Shown here in pieces: positions 38,470 to 48,633 of a DNA stretch of 64,000 nt. The notes beneath the pieces are model-generated. The model saw only the letters and a list, made by a program, of their open reading frames with translations. It was not told the DNA's origin and ran no database searches. Every line of letters starts with the position of its first letter. The first letter of the stretch is position 1. Origin of the DNA: a virus; the IMG/VR virus record IMGVR_UViG_3300023174_000112, positions 26,133 to 90,132 of that record; one strand, given 5' to 3'. The translations under genes were made by a program, and so were the position numbers.

Positions 38470-40659
38470 ATGACAATGGAAGCATTACCTCAAGATTTAG
38501 CAGATTTCTTGGTCACAAAGAACTTTGACCCAGAATACTTTGACGAACAAGGCCAACCCGCTGAAGCAGGTGACGCCAAAACTATGAAATTTGACTATGT
38601 TGCTGGCACTGGCAAAAACTACGGAACAGCAGTGGTTGTGATTGCTGACAACGAGCTCAGCTTGTTCTACGGTGACAATCTGGGCAGGGGCATGGAGCCT
38701 GAAGACAAACAAGAGTGGTTTGAATTCTTGGAACAACTCAGCAACAAAGCAGCCAGCCATTCAGCAACCTGGAGCCCAAAGGATATCAATCAACTCAAAC
38801 ATACTCTAGCTGGCATTGCTGCCATCAAAGAGGGATTGTTTGAAGGATACTATGGCAACCGCAAGGTCAGCTACATGGGTGAACAGACTCAAGCCAGATT
38901 GGTAATCCAACACAATCGAGTATTAGGCGAAAATGACAAACGTTTCCGTTATGTAGAAAGTTTGTTTATTGAAACAGCAGATCAAGAACGTTTTAGACTG
39001 TCATTCAAAAGTCTAGCAGGTGGCCGAGCCATGTTGGAACATGTGCGCCAAGGCGGACGTCCATACGATGTACGTGGCAACCACATCACAGAGATTGTGA
39101 GCGAAATGGCTGTACTGAGTCGATTCAATCGTGCGCAACACAATCGTGTTTACGAAGGCGTCACCCAAGAACTGGTGGAAAGCGCAAAGCAATACTATCA
39201 CAACCTACAAGAAACAATGAAGCATCTTGGCAGCTCACGTGGCTATCAAGCATACTTTGAAACCTGGGCTCCTGACCAAACCGGTGAGGCCGAAGCTCTG
39301 GTAGAAAATCTACGCGATTTGTTTGTGGAACAAACATTGGACGCTAGAATTGAAGCTGCCTTGCCCACACTGGCCAAGATACAACAACAAGGAAACAACA
39401 TGAAAGAAGCACAAATTTTTGAAAACTGGATCAACAATCTCAGTGAAGGCACCTGGGCATTGCCAGACACTCCTGAATCACAAGAAAAACTCAACCAGCT
39501 GATGAGTGCTGAATTGATTGTTGGTCCAGATGCTACCAATGCCACAGAGTTGTTGTATGACATTGTGGGCGATGACGAGTTGTTTGACATACTAAACGAC
39601 TTAGCCGATCGTTCAGAAGGCCGTGCCAATATTTGGGACGACTCAGATGTACAACGCAGACTGGCTGAACTGGGTATACAAACTCCTCAGAGCACACAAG
39701 CAGAACCGGCTGACGTGCCACAAGACACAGCACCGGCAATGAAAGAAGACTTTACTAGTTTTGGGGACAAACATACCGGTGCCTATAGAGATAATTTTGA
39801 ACTTTGGATCACAACAAAAGGTTTATACAACTACGAAGATGAACTGTTGGGGTATTTTGATAAGTTTGTTGACGGTGGCGGATCACCAAGCACAGCCGGT
39901 CAACAGTCAGTTGAAACCTGGAAGCAGAGAATGAAAAGAGACGGCGAAAGTGTTCAAAAAACCGACGATGTGGCGGAAGGCGACAACATGAGTACATTTG
40001 TGGAAGATCGTGAATTGTCTACCATGCTGAAATATGCTGGCGTGCCCATCAAAGAAAATGTACTGACAGACTCAACTGGCAGCACCTTGGAACACATCAA
40101 AGACACATTCAAACGTGATGTCAAAGACTTTACACAAAACGGTGACATGAGTGATGCATTGTATGACGCACTGTATGACTACTATTTTGATGACATGCCT
40201 TATGGCACAAAGAAAGCCAGAGATGGCGACCCAATGGAGTGGGTGGCAGATCGCTTTGCACAAGACATTGATCTTGATGAAGGTTGGAAAGGTGCATTGG
40301 CCGGTGGACTTGCTGGTGCAGGATTAGGCAGTGTGGTCCCGGCACTGGGCACAATAGCCGGCGGCATTGCTGGTGCCTACGCAGGACACAAAATTGGTGA
40401 CCAAGGAATCAGTGACCCAGACAAAGAATGGAAATCTCCTGAGCCAAAGAAACCAGTCGGCGAATGCAACTACACCATGGAAGGCGAATACTGCCCAGAA
40501 CACGGTTTGGCCGAATGTGGCGGCATGTACGAGGGTGTAGATGATCCAATCAATTACAATGCAGCAATGACCGGAAGTTACTACGAAGGCAAAGAAACCG
40601 AAATACAAGAAGGCGATGCACTTCTGGCAAGAATAAAATCACTGGCTTTGCTCAGATGA
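38470..40659 (+). CDS. Large acidic virion protein, putative internal/ejection protein
   Basis: Late box made from the terL stop codon; x-x-E processing-like sites; glycine zipper near the C-terminus. Confidence 0.65.
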   Translation: MTMEALPQDLADFLVTKNFDPEYFDEQGQPAEAGDAKTMKFDYVAGTGKNYGTAVVVIADNELSLFYGDNLGRGMEPEDKQEWFEFLEQLSNKAASHSATWSPKDINQLKHTLAGIAAIKEGLFEGYYGNRKVSYMGEQTQARLVIQHNRVLGENDKRFRYVESLFIETADQERFRLSFKSLAGGRAMLEHVRQGGRPYDVRGNHITEIVSEMAVLSRFNRAQHNRVYEGVTQELVESAKQYYHNLQETMKHLGSSRGYQAYFETWAPDQTGEAEALVENLRDLFVEQTLDARIEAALPTLAKIQQQGNNMKEAQIFENWINNLSEGTWALPDTPESQEKLNQLMSAELIVGPDATNATELLYDIVGDDELFDILNDLADRSEGRANIWDDSDVQRRLAELGIQTPQSTQAEPADVPQDTAPAMKEDFTSFGDKHTGAYRDNFELWITTKGLYNYEDELLGYFDKFVDGGGSPSTAGQQSVETWKQRMKRDGESVQKTDDVAEGDNMSTFVEDRELSTMLKYAGVPIKENVLTDSTGSTLEHIKDTFKRDVKDFTQNGDMSDALYDALYDYYFDDMPYGTKKARDGDPMEWVADRFAQDIDLDEGWKGALAGGLAGAGLGSVVPALGTIAGGIAGAYAGHKIGDQGISDPDKEWKSPEPKKPVGECNYTMEGEYCPEHGLAECGGMYEGVDDPINYNAAMTGSYYEGKETEIQEGDALLARIKSLALLR

Positions 40660-40661
40660 CA

Positions 40662-40798
40662 TAAATACACTTGACACGTAGACAAGAAGCGCATATACTA
40701 CTACAGTGTTTGCGCTTTTTTGTTTGTGTCACAGGCAACAGAGATCTAAACATTTAGATAGGCAACATAACATAGGCAACTTATTAAGGAGAAAAACT
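40662..40798 (+). promoter_or_regulatory. gp32 control region: late box, sigma70 promoter, overlapping terminator and AGGCAAC x3 leader
   Basis: TAAATA 40662; TTGACA 40671-17 nt-TATACT 40694; aagcgca/tgcgctt stem plus T run; AGGCAAC at 40733, 40760 and 40774; AAGGAG SD. Confidence 0.7.
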
Positions 40799-41785
40799 AT
40801 GGCATCATTAGCAGAAATCAGAGCACGTTTACAGGCAGCAGAAGGCAACAAAGGTGGCGGACAAACAGGTGGAGACAATTCAATCTATCCACACTGGAAC
40901 ATGGAAGAAGGGCAAAGTGCAACACTGCGATTCCTTCCCGACGCAAATACCAAAAACACATTCTTCTGGCAAGAACGAGCAATGATTCGTTTACCTTTTG
41001 CTGGCATCAAAGGCGAAGGAGATAGCAAACAAGTGTACGTGCAAGTACCTTGTGTGGAAATGTGGGGCGAAGCCTGTCCCATCTTGGCAGAAGTGCGTAC
41101 CTGGTTCAAGGACAAGAGCCTTGAAGAAATGGGTCGCAAATACTGGAAGAAACGCAGTTACATCTTCCAAGGCTTTGTGCGTGAGAACCCACTGAGCGAA
41201 GACAAAACACCAGAAAATCCCATCCGACGTTTCATCATCGGACCTCAGATTTTCACCATCATCAAAGGCGCATTGATGGATCCTGAGCTGGAAGAATTGC
41301 CCACAGACGTTTTACGTGGCCTGGACTTCCGCATCACCAAAACTGCCAAAGGTGGTTTTGCTGACTACAACACAAGCAAATGGGCACGTAAGGAATCAGC
41401 ATTGACCGAAGCTGAACAGGCAGCCATTGCTACACATGGCTTGTATGACTTGAGCACATTCCTGCCCAAGAAGCCTGGCGATGTTGAACTCCGAGTCATC
41501 AAAGAGATGTTCGAGGCTTCAGTAGACGGACAGCCTTACGACACAGAACGTTGGGGCCAGTACTTCCGTCCTGCAGGTGTAACAGCACCTGGTGGTAGCG
41601 CAGCCAGCACTGATGAAGATGCGCCTGCAGCCAAGCCTGCACTCAAAGTGGCAGCACCCACACCAGCAAGTGACTTTGACGAAGATGACACTCCTACAGC
41701 AGCCGCACCAGTGGCCAAGCCTGCAGAAGCTGGAAAAAATGCCCAGGACATCCTGGCCATGATCCGTAGCCGTCAAGCCAAGTAA
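40799..41785 (+). CDS. gp32: Single-stranded DNA-binding protein
   Basis: LRFLPD, CVEMWGEACPI, YWKKRSY, GLDFRITKT..GFADYNTSKW and an acidic tail; lies upstream of uvsX. Confidence 0.9.
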   Translation: MASLAEIRARLQAAEGNKGGGQTGGDNSIYPHWNMEEGQSATLRFLPDANTKNTFFWQERAMIRLPFAGIKGEGDSKQVYVQVPCVEMWGEACPILAEVRTWFKDKSLEEMGRKYWKKRSYIFQGFVRENPLSEDKTPENPIRRFIIGPQIFTIIKGALMDPELEELPTDVLRGLDFRITKTAKGGFADYNTSKWARKESALTEAEQAAIATHGLYDLSTFLPKKPGDVELRVIKEMFEASVDGQPYDTERWGQYFRPAGVTAPGGSAASTDEDAPAAKPALKVAAPTPASDFDEDDTPTAAAPVAKPAEAGKNAQDILAMIRSRQAK

Positions 41786-42411
41786 TGCGCACAGCTCTGG
41801 ACACAGAGCTGTTTCCAGATTGTAAAGTGGTAGAAATGCCACTTTACAATCAATGGATTTACTCGATTCAAAAAAACGGAAGCAGCAGTTTAAGAATTCA
41901 ACAGTCAAGAGACAATCTTGCTGTGTTTGTCAACGACAAAATAAATGATCTTGACTTTGTAGATGTGTACATTAGAGAGCCCCGAGACAGATACATAAAT
42001 GGTATCAACACCTATTTGCAATTTCTCAAGCGCGATCATCCTGAATTAGATTACAACACTGCGTTTTGGTTTGCTCGACGTTACAAATTTTTAAACACAC
42101 ATTACTTGCCACAATTTCATTGGATAGCAAATCTCAGCAGATATTTGCACAGTGGTGCAAAAATACGTTTTAGAAACTTTCAAGACTTTGGCAAAGTAGC
42201 TCGTATCAATGCCAAGCCCACTGGAGTCACTGCACCCAGTGATGATTTTATTAAAACGCTGTTTAAAGACGACGTGGATGTTGAATTTTGGTTGTTTCTG
42301 GATCAAATTTTATGGGACCTATGTGGTCAAGAATTGTCTTGGCAACAACTGTTAAATCATTATCAGGATCACCATCCTAATATTATAAAAAATGTATTGC
42401 CCAAGACTTGA
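41785..42411 (+). CDS. Sulfotransferase-like protein
   Basis: IQKNGSSS (5'-PSB-like), IREPRDRY (3'-PB-like) and HYLPQ motifs. Confidence 0.65.
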   Translation: MRTALDTELFPDCKVVEMPLYNQWIYSIQKNGSSSLRIQQSRDNLAVFVNDKINDLDFVDVYIREPRDRYINGINTYLQFLKRDHPELDYNTAFWFARRYKFLNTHYLPQFHWIANLSRYLHSGAKIRFRNFQDFGKVARINAKPTGVTAPSDDFIKTLFKDDVDVEFWLFLDQILWDLCGQELSWQQLLNHYQDHHPNIIKNVLPKT

Positions 42412-43360
42412 TCATTTTGTAAGATTCAACCCCAATGGTACAGTGAGCCGTTGTGGTCACATGACTCAAGCACCTGAGTTTTCTTCATTGGAAGAAATGG
42501 AACAAAGTATGTGGTTGCGCAATGCCAAATTGAGTTTTCACAAAGGTATTTGGCCCAGTGAATGCAGTAGGTGTAAACAAACAGAATCAATCAACAGTAC
42601 CAGCATTAGACTCAATGCTGTGAGCTTTGATCAAAAACAAACCAGACAAGATTATTTGACTGTGGGCGGTGTGTTGGACAATGTGTGCAACAGTGCATGT
42701 CAAACTTGTAATGAAAATTTGAGTACAAAGATTGGCAGTTTAAAGTCTCGAGATCATGTTCGTATTGACAACAGCATTCGCTTTTGGTCATTGCCTCTGG
42801 ATCGTGTGGTACACCTAGACATCAACGGTGGTGAACCCAGCGCCAGTAAAAATTATCGTCACATACTGAAAAATATTCCAGCCAATGTCACCAGTGTTAG
42901 AATCAACACCAATTGTTCTGTGGTAATGACCGAAGTTGAAGATCTAGTCAAGCGTGGTATCGAAGTCACAGTCACAGTGAGCCTGGATGGAATTGGTAAA
43001 AAACACGACTACATTCGCTGGCCCATTGCATGGGAAGAATTTGAAAGCAACCTGCTGGCTTATCAACACATGAACATAGATTTAAACACATGGACCACTG
43101 TGAGTGCATTGAACATTAGAGATCTAAAGAATATTTTTTCTTATGTACAACAGCATAAACTAAAACATTCTTGGGCGTTGTTAGAAAATCCACCGGTGTT
43201 AAATGTAAAATACAGCAACCATATGACAAGATCTGCAGATGTGCCAGATGAACTAAAGTCCGTTGTGGCTTCAGCAGAGGATAACACTGTTGAACTGCAA
43301 TTATTTACACTGGCACAAGATCAGTTACGTGGCATTAAATTATGGGATTACTATCAATGA
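42392..43360 (+). CDS. Radical SAM protein with N-terminal Cys domain
   Basis: MYCP..GTVSRC..CSRC; CNSACQTC; GGEP; SLDG. Confidence 0.9.
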   Translation: MYCPRLDHFVRFNPNGTVSRCGHMTQAPEFSSLEEMEQSMWLRNAKLSFHKGIWPSECSRCKQTESINSTSIRLNAVSFDQKQTRQDYLTVGGVLDNVCNSACQTCNENLSTKIGSLKSRDHVRIDNSIRFWSLPLDRVVHLDINGGEPSASKNYRHILKNIPANVTSVRINTNCSVVMTEVEDLVKRGIEVTVTVSLDGIGKKHDYIRWPIAWEEFESNLLAYQHMNIDLNTWTTVSALNIRDLKNIFSYVQQHKLKHSWALLENPPVLNVKYSNHMTRSADVPDELKSVVASAEDNTVELQLFTLAQDQLRGIKLWDYYQ

Positions 43361-43932
43361 AAATAGCCATAACTGGACACACAGCTGGAATAGGACAGGC
43401 ATTTGCAACTATTTTACAAAGTCGTGGTCATGACATTGTGGGATTGAGCAAACGAAACAGTGACAACATTAGAAATATTCCCAAGATCCTGGAAAAAATC
43501 ACACCGTGTGATTTGTTCATAAACAATGCACAAGCTGGATATGCACAAACTGAATTGTTGTATGCAGTGTGGGAAGCCTGGCAAGATCAACCAGGCAAAC
43601 ATATTTGGTGTATAGGTACAATGATGACATTGATACCAGTTGCCCCACCAGTTGCAGGGCAAGGTGACATGGCCATGACCATGTATAGGAATCAAAAAAA
43701 CACATTGGATGATGCAGTGGCTCAGTTAAGATACAAAAAACATTTACCAGTAATCACCATGATCAGACCAGGCAGTGTGGCCACACAACCTGGACAAACT
43801 GCTGAATGGCCACATTGCGATGCACATGCCTGGGCCAATACAATAATCACTACCATGATAAATGCCAACGAACAAAGCATGCTATTCAATGAGTTGGCAT
43901 TGATGTCGGCAAAAAACAAGATACCTCTATAA
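43357..43932 (+). CDS. Short-chain dehydrogenase/reductase
   Basis: ITGHTAGIG, FINNA, YRNQK (YxxxK) and RPG motifs. Confidence 0.85.
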   Translation: MKIAITGHTAGIGQAFATILQSRGHDIVGLSKRNSDNIRNIPKILEKITPCDLFINNAQAGYAQTELLYAVWEAWQDQPGKHIWCIGTMMTLIPVAPPVAGQGDMAMTMYRNQKNTLDDAVAQLRYKKHLPVITMIRPGSVATQPGQTAEWPHCDAHAWANTIITTMINANEQSMLFNELALMSAKNKIPL

Positions 43933-45089
43933 TGAACAGTCGAGAATATCTAACAAATCGTGCATTTTGCCCTGTGCCGTGGACCAGCATCATGTACAAT
44001 TTTGATGGCTCAGTTAAGAATTGTATTCGCAGTGCCGCACCAATTGGTAATATCAGAGACTCTGATATAGAACAAATACTTGGCAATGATTATCTGATCA
44101 AAGCAGACATGCAAGCTGGGCAAAAGTTTGCTCGATGTAATCCCTGCTACGACCTAGAGCAAGAAAAAAACAATTTCAACATCATAAGTGATCGTGTGTT
44201 TTATCTCAAAGAATTGCGCGATGTCGATCACACCTTGTATGACACCATGAACTTTGCATTGCACACCGTGGACATACGTTGGAGTAATCTTTGTAATTTT
44301 GCCTGTGTCTACTGCAATCCAGATTTTAGCAGCAAGTGGGCCAGCGAGCATGGTGTTGTTATGCTGACGCCGGTAGATCAACAAGTTGAAAAATTCAAAC
44401 AATACATTTTTAAACATGCACCACAACTGAAACATGTGTATTTGGCCGGCGGCGAACCATTATTGATGAAAGAGAATTTGGAATTTTTGGAGTTGTTAAA
44501 ACAGGTCAATCCCAATGTGAACTTGCGTATCAATACCAATTTGAGCAAAGTAGACACTAAAATTTTTGAATTGATTTGTGAGTTCAAAAATGTGCATTGG
44601 ATTGTAAGTGTGGAAAGTATGGAATCAGAATACGAGTACATCAGGCACGGTGGTTCATGGACAGATTTTTCGGCAAATCTCAAATCAATTCAACAGTTGC
44701 CACATAAAATTACTTTTAACATGCTACATTTTTTGTTGAATTACATGAGTATCTTTGAGTGTGTGGAATTTTTACAAAGCATGGGATTTCACGACAACAG
44801 TTTTGTAATTGGGGCACTGTTGAAGCCCGATTACCTAAACATTAGACATCTGCCAGAAGATGTGTTAAACTCTGTAAAAGATAAATTAAAACAAAAGATC
44901 AATCAACAACCAGGCTATCTGTTGGAGAATGGTTTTAGAAATGTGTTGGCATACTTGGATCAACCCATAGAGAAAAATTTGTCAAATTCATTTGAACAAT
45001 TAAGTATCATGGATAAACGACGTAAACTAAACAGTAGAACAATTTTTAAAGACTTATACAAGGAAGAAAATCATGGGAAAACCATTTGA
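43932..45089 (+). CDS. Radical SAM protein with N-terminal SPASM/twitch-like domain
   Basis: FCPVPW..GSVKNC..CNPC; CNFACVYC; AGGEPLL. Confidence 0.92.
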   Translation: MNSREYLTNRAFCPVPWTSIMYNFDGSVKNCIRSAAPIGNIRDSDIEQILGNDYLIKADMQAGQKFARCNPCYDLEQEKNNFNIISDRVFYLKELRDVDHTLYDTMNFALHTVDIRWSNLCNFACVYCNPDFSSKWASEHGVVMLTPVDQQVEKFKQYIFKHAPQLKHVYLAGGEPLLMKENLEFLELLKQVNPNVNLRINTNLSKVDTKIFELICEFKNVHWIVSVESMESEYEYIRHGGSWTDFSANLKSIQQLPHKITFNMLHFLLNYMSIFECVEFLQSMGFHDNSFVIGALLKPDYLNIRHLPEDVLNSVKDKLKQKINQQPGYLLENGFRNVLAYLDQPIEKNLSNSFEQLSIMDKRRKLNSRTIFKDLYKEENHGKTI

Positions 45090-46131
45090 CGTAAGCAAGT
45101 TCCGTAAGGAAATTACAAAAAGCATTGACGGATTAAGCATTGGCTTTAATGATCCAACAGACTGGATCTCAACAGGCAACTATGCGCTAAACTATTTGAT
45201 CTCAGGAGACTTCAATCGTGGCATTCCCCTGGGCAAGGTCACAGTGTTTGCTGGTGATTCGGGCGCAGGCAAGAGTTATATTTGTTCAGGCAATATTGTT
45301 AAGAACGCACAGGAGCAAGGTATCTTTGTGGTGTTGATTGACAGTGAGAATGCATTGGATGAAGACTGGCTCAAAGCACTGGGTGTGGACACTAGTGAAA
45401 GCAAACTGTTGAAACTTTCAATGGCCATGATTGACGATGTGGCAAAAACTATTTCTACATTCATGAGCGATTACAAAGCCCTGCCCGAAGGCGAACGTCC
45501 CAAGGTCATGTTTGTGATTGACAGTTTGGGCATGTTGTTGACTCCCACAGACGTTAACCAGTTTGACGCTGGCGAAATGAAGGGTGACTTGGGTCGTAAG
45601 CCCAAAGCACTCACAGCATTGGTGCGTAACTGTGTCAACATGTTTGGCTCATACAATGTGGGTTTGGTTTGTACCAATCACACATACGCCAGCCAAGACA
45701 TGTTTGACCCTGATGATAAAATCTCCGGAGGTCAAGGTTTCATTTACGCCAGTTCAATTGTGGTGGCCATGAAAAAGATGAAACTCAAAGAGGACGAGGA
45801 CGGCAACAAAGTGTCAGACGTCAATGGTATTCGTGCAGGTTGTAAAGTCATGAAAACACGCTATGCCAAGCCGTTTGAAGGCGTGCAAGTCAAGATTCCA
45901 TACACAACAGGCATGAGTCCTTATTCAGGCTTGACTGACTTGATTGAGAAAAAAGAGTTGCTCAAGCGTGAAGGCAACAGTTTAGTGTTTACCACCAGCG
46001 AAGGTGAAATTATCAAGAAGTTCCGCAAAGCCTGGGAAAAGAATGATGATGGTTGTTTGGACAAGGTCATGATTGACTTCAAGAACATCAAGACAGAGGT
46101 AAGTACAGCCGACACCGCGGAGGAAGAATAA
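45073..46131 (+). CDS. uvsX: RecA-like recombinase
   Basis: GDSGAGKS, DSE, VIDSLG, NHTY and SGG motifs. Confidence 0.95.
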   Translation: MGKPFDVSKFRKEITKSIDGLSIGFNDPTDWISTGNYALNYLISGDFNRGIPLGKVTVFAGDSGAGKSYICSGNIVKNAQEQGIFVVLIDSENALDEDWLKALGVDTSESKLLKLSMAMIDDVAKTISTFMSDYKALPEGERPKVMFVIDSLGMLLTPTDVNQFDAGEMKGDLGRKPKALTALVRNCVNMFGSYNVGLVCTNHTYASQDMFDPDDKISGGQGFIYASSIVVAMKKMKLKEDEDGNKVSDVNGIRAGCKVMKTRYAKPFEGVQVKIPYTTGMSPYSGLTDLIEKKELLKREGNSLVFTTSEGEIIKKFRKAWEKNDDGCLDKVMIDFKNIKTEVSTADTAEEE

Positions 46132-46394
46132 TGTCAGCAGAAGTAGCAAGCGAAATTTGGGGCGAGTTAAAACGATACGTTAATGTAGTAGATCGCATGG
46201 AGGCTGCCGAAAGCATTGTGGCCATCCTGATTGATCATGACCACGATGTAGACGAAATCAAAGATGCCTTCAAAGGCGATTCAGACATCAAAAAAGCCTT
46301 GACTGCATACTTGGACAACGACAAGGATTATGCAGAAGAAGAGGAAGAAGAGCTGGACGAAGAGGACAACTACAATCAAGAAGATGACTATTGA
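46131..46394 (+). CDS. Small acidic hypothetical protein
   Basis: TAATG coupling to uvsX; E/D-rich tail. Confidence 0.75.
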   Translation: MSAEVASEIWGELKRYVNVVDRMEAAESIVAILIDHDHDVDEIKDAFKGDSDIKKALTAYLDNDKDYAEEEEEELDEEDNYNQEDDY

Positions 46395-47565
46395 AAGAGA
46401 TTATTATTGTTCTTACAAGTTTAAATATCTAAAAATTGATCTTGTATCAAACAAAACTCTTAATTGTCATGCGGCAAAATCTCATGCTATTGATTTTGCT
46501 TGGTTAGAAAAAAATCCAGGACAACTGTTCAATACTGATACAAATGTGTCTGAAAGACACATGATGTTGTTGAATCAACGCAATGCCAGTTGTGAACAAA
46601 ACTGTTGGCCCCTGGAAGACAAAGGTGCAGTGAGCGCACGATTATGGCAACATGGACAAACAAAAACTCATACTGATGTTCATGCACAACCAGAAATACT
46701 TGAAATAAAATTAAACGATGATTGTAATTTGTCGTGTTCTTATTGTTGCAAAGACTTTAGCAGTGCCTGGCGCAGAGAATTAGCAGAGCAAGGCAACTAC
46801 AGCGTCGACACCGGTGACGAAAGATTTCAACTGACACAGTACGATAAAATCATGATGAAAGTCAGCCAACGAGAAGTCAAAGGTACTTCAAAATTTCAAA
46901 CGTTGATGTCTGAAATAAAAAGTTTCAGTCACGATCTCAAAGAAGTAGTTGTCACGGGCGGAGAACCTTTGCTGGACAATCAATTGTTTGATGTATTAGA
47001 TGCGGTATCAGCCACATCAGCTGTGATCAACATTTACACCGGGCTAGGAGTGGAACTCCAAAGATTTCAACGCATGATAGATAAAATCAAACAGACACCC
47101 AACGCAATGATATCCATCAGCGCTGAATGCACGGACAAATTCTATGAATTCAATCGTTATGGCAACACATGGCATGAATTTTTAAATCGCGTAGAGATTG
47201 TAAAATCCAGCGGAATTGATTTCAGGTTCAGCACAGCAATTACCAATCTCACTGTCTTTGATTTGCCAGCATTTATTCGACAGTTCATTGATCAACGAAT
47301 AGGATTGGTATTTGCCAATCATCCTTACATGATGGCACCTTATGTGTTAGATGTTGAAAGTAAAAAACTGATCTTAAAAGATATTCAGTCATTGCCAGAT
47401 CATTATCAGGAACAGATTGCACAGTCTATACAGGCCGATCCCAGCGAATCTCAACGTCAACAAATGTCAGAATTTTTAAAAGAATATGTGACTCGTAGAA
47501 ATCTTGATGTGAACATTTACCCAAAAAGTTTTTTAGAATGGTTGGACATACATGTGGTACAGTAA
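46384..47565 (+). CDS. Radical SAM protein with N-terminal Cys domain
   Basis: YYCS..NCH..CEQNC; CNLSCSYC; TGGEPLL. Confidence 0.9.
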   Translation: MTIERDYYCSYKFKYLKIDLVSNKTLNCHAAKSHAIDFAWLEKNPGQLFNTDTNVSERHMMLLNQRNASCEQNCWPLEDKGAVSARLWQHGQTKTHTDVHAQPEILEIKLNDDCNLSCSYCCKDFSSAWRRELAEQGNYSVDTGDERFQLTQYDKIMMKVSQREVKGTSKFQTLMSEIKSFSHDLKEVVVTGGEPLLDNQLFDVLDAVSATSAVINIYTGLGVELQRFQRMIDKIKQTPNAMISISAECTDKFYEFNRYGNTWHEFLNRVEIVKSSGIDFRFSTAITNLTVFDLPAFIRQFIDQRIGLVFANHPYMMAPYVLDVESKKLILKDIQSLPDHYQEQIAQSIQADPSESQRQQMSEFLKEYVTRRNLDVNIYPKSFLEWLDIHVVQ

Positions 47566-48004
47566 AGTTGTAGCAGATCTTGGCAATATACCTGACTTCA
47601 TTGCACATTTTGAAAATGAACTGCAAGACGCCAAGCGTGATTGCAAGATTGGTGGCCTGGTAGAAAAGAACATCACCGCACTGCCAGGCATAACTGAACA
47701 CAGATTTAACCAACTGCAAGAGATTGAAGCTGTGTTGAACTATCTCAACATACAACTGCGCAAAATACGCAGACGACATTTTCAAAAGTATCTAGAAGGA
47801 TATGCCCGTGCGCTGACCAGTCGTGACGCTGAAAAGTATGTGGATGGTGAAGAAGAAGTTGTGGACTTTGAAACCATCATCAACGAAGTGGCATTACTAC
47901 GCAACCGTTGGTTGGGCATAATGAAAGGCCTGGACACCAAACAGTGGCAAATGGGTCACGTGGTCAGACTGCGAACAGCAGGCATGGAAGATATCACAGT
48001 ATGA
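47552..48004 (+). CDS. uvsY: Recombination mediator
   Basis: Helical 150-aa protein, KYLEGY.RAL..RDAEKYVDGE..KGLD.KQWQ; lies near uvsX. Confidence 0.8.
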   Translation: MWYSKVVADLGNIPDFIAHFENELQDAKRDCKIGGLVEKNITALPGITEHRFNQLQEIEAVLNYLNIQLRKIRRRHFQKYLEGYARALTSRDAEKYVDGEEEVVDFETIINEVALLRNRWLGIMKGLDTKQWQMGHVVRLRTAGMEDITV

Positions 48005-48633
48005 ACTCGTACATAGACAATCCGGATAAAGGTGCAGATGACTCAGCACAGTGGGCTAGAAAATGGACCACAGACAAATACATTGCCAAAAGACGTGCCA
48101 ACTTTGAAACAGTTGATGCTTACTTGAATCAGCCCATTGGTCGATTGTTAGACATCGGCTGCGGCTTTGCTTGGGAATCACGTTGGTTTGGAGAAAAGTA
48201 TGGCACCGAACTGTGGTTGCTGGATGGTGATCAAAAACAGAACACCAACAAACCCGACACTGCTTCTTATGGTAATTGGAATGAGACATCTGATGCACTG
48301 TATTTTTATCACAGTTTTGATTTTTTAGATGCCAAACTGCAAGAGCTTGGTACAAAAAATTACCACCTGGTTGATGCCAACAGCATCAACATACCTGCAG
48401 ATGTTAAATTTGATGTAATAACTTCGTGGCTCAGTTGCGGACATCACTACCCTGTAAAGACCTATATTGATCTGATGAAAAAACATTCTCATGAACACAC
48501 ACGCATCATCCTGGACATACGATGCAAAGGTACCAGCACTAATTTTATAGGTGTGGACGGGTTTGAAATTGTCAATGTAGTATCAAACGCTGGCGGCAAA
48601 AAACGAGCCACTGTGGAAATAAAGTTGCTTTAA
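48001..48633 (+). CDS. Class I SAM-dependent methyltransferase
   Basis: LLDIGCG motif I; KFDVITSWLSCGHHYP. Confidence 0.8.
   Translation: MNSYIDNPDKGADDSAQWARKWTTDKYIAKRRANFETVDAYLNQPIGRLLDIGCGFAWESRWFGEKYGTELWLLDGDQKQNTNKPDTASYGNWNETSDALYFYHSFDFLDAKLQELGTKNYHLVDANSINIPADVKFDVITSWLSCGHHYPVKTYIDLMKKHSHEHTRIILDIRCKGTSTNFIGVDGFEIVNVVSNAGGKKRATVEIKLL

Noticed and set aside
17011-47565. Radical SAM genes as a 7-deazaguanine (QueE) DNA-modification or anaerobic RNR-activating system
   Set aside because: No queC, queD, folE, dpdA or nrdD in the window, and the domain architecture differs. It cannot be fully excluded without the rest of the genome.
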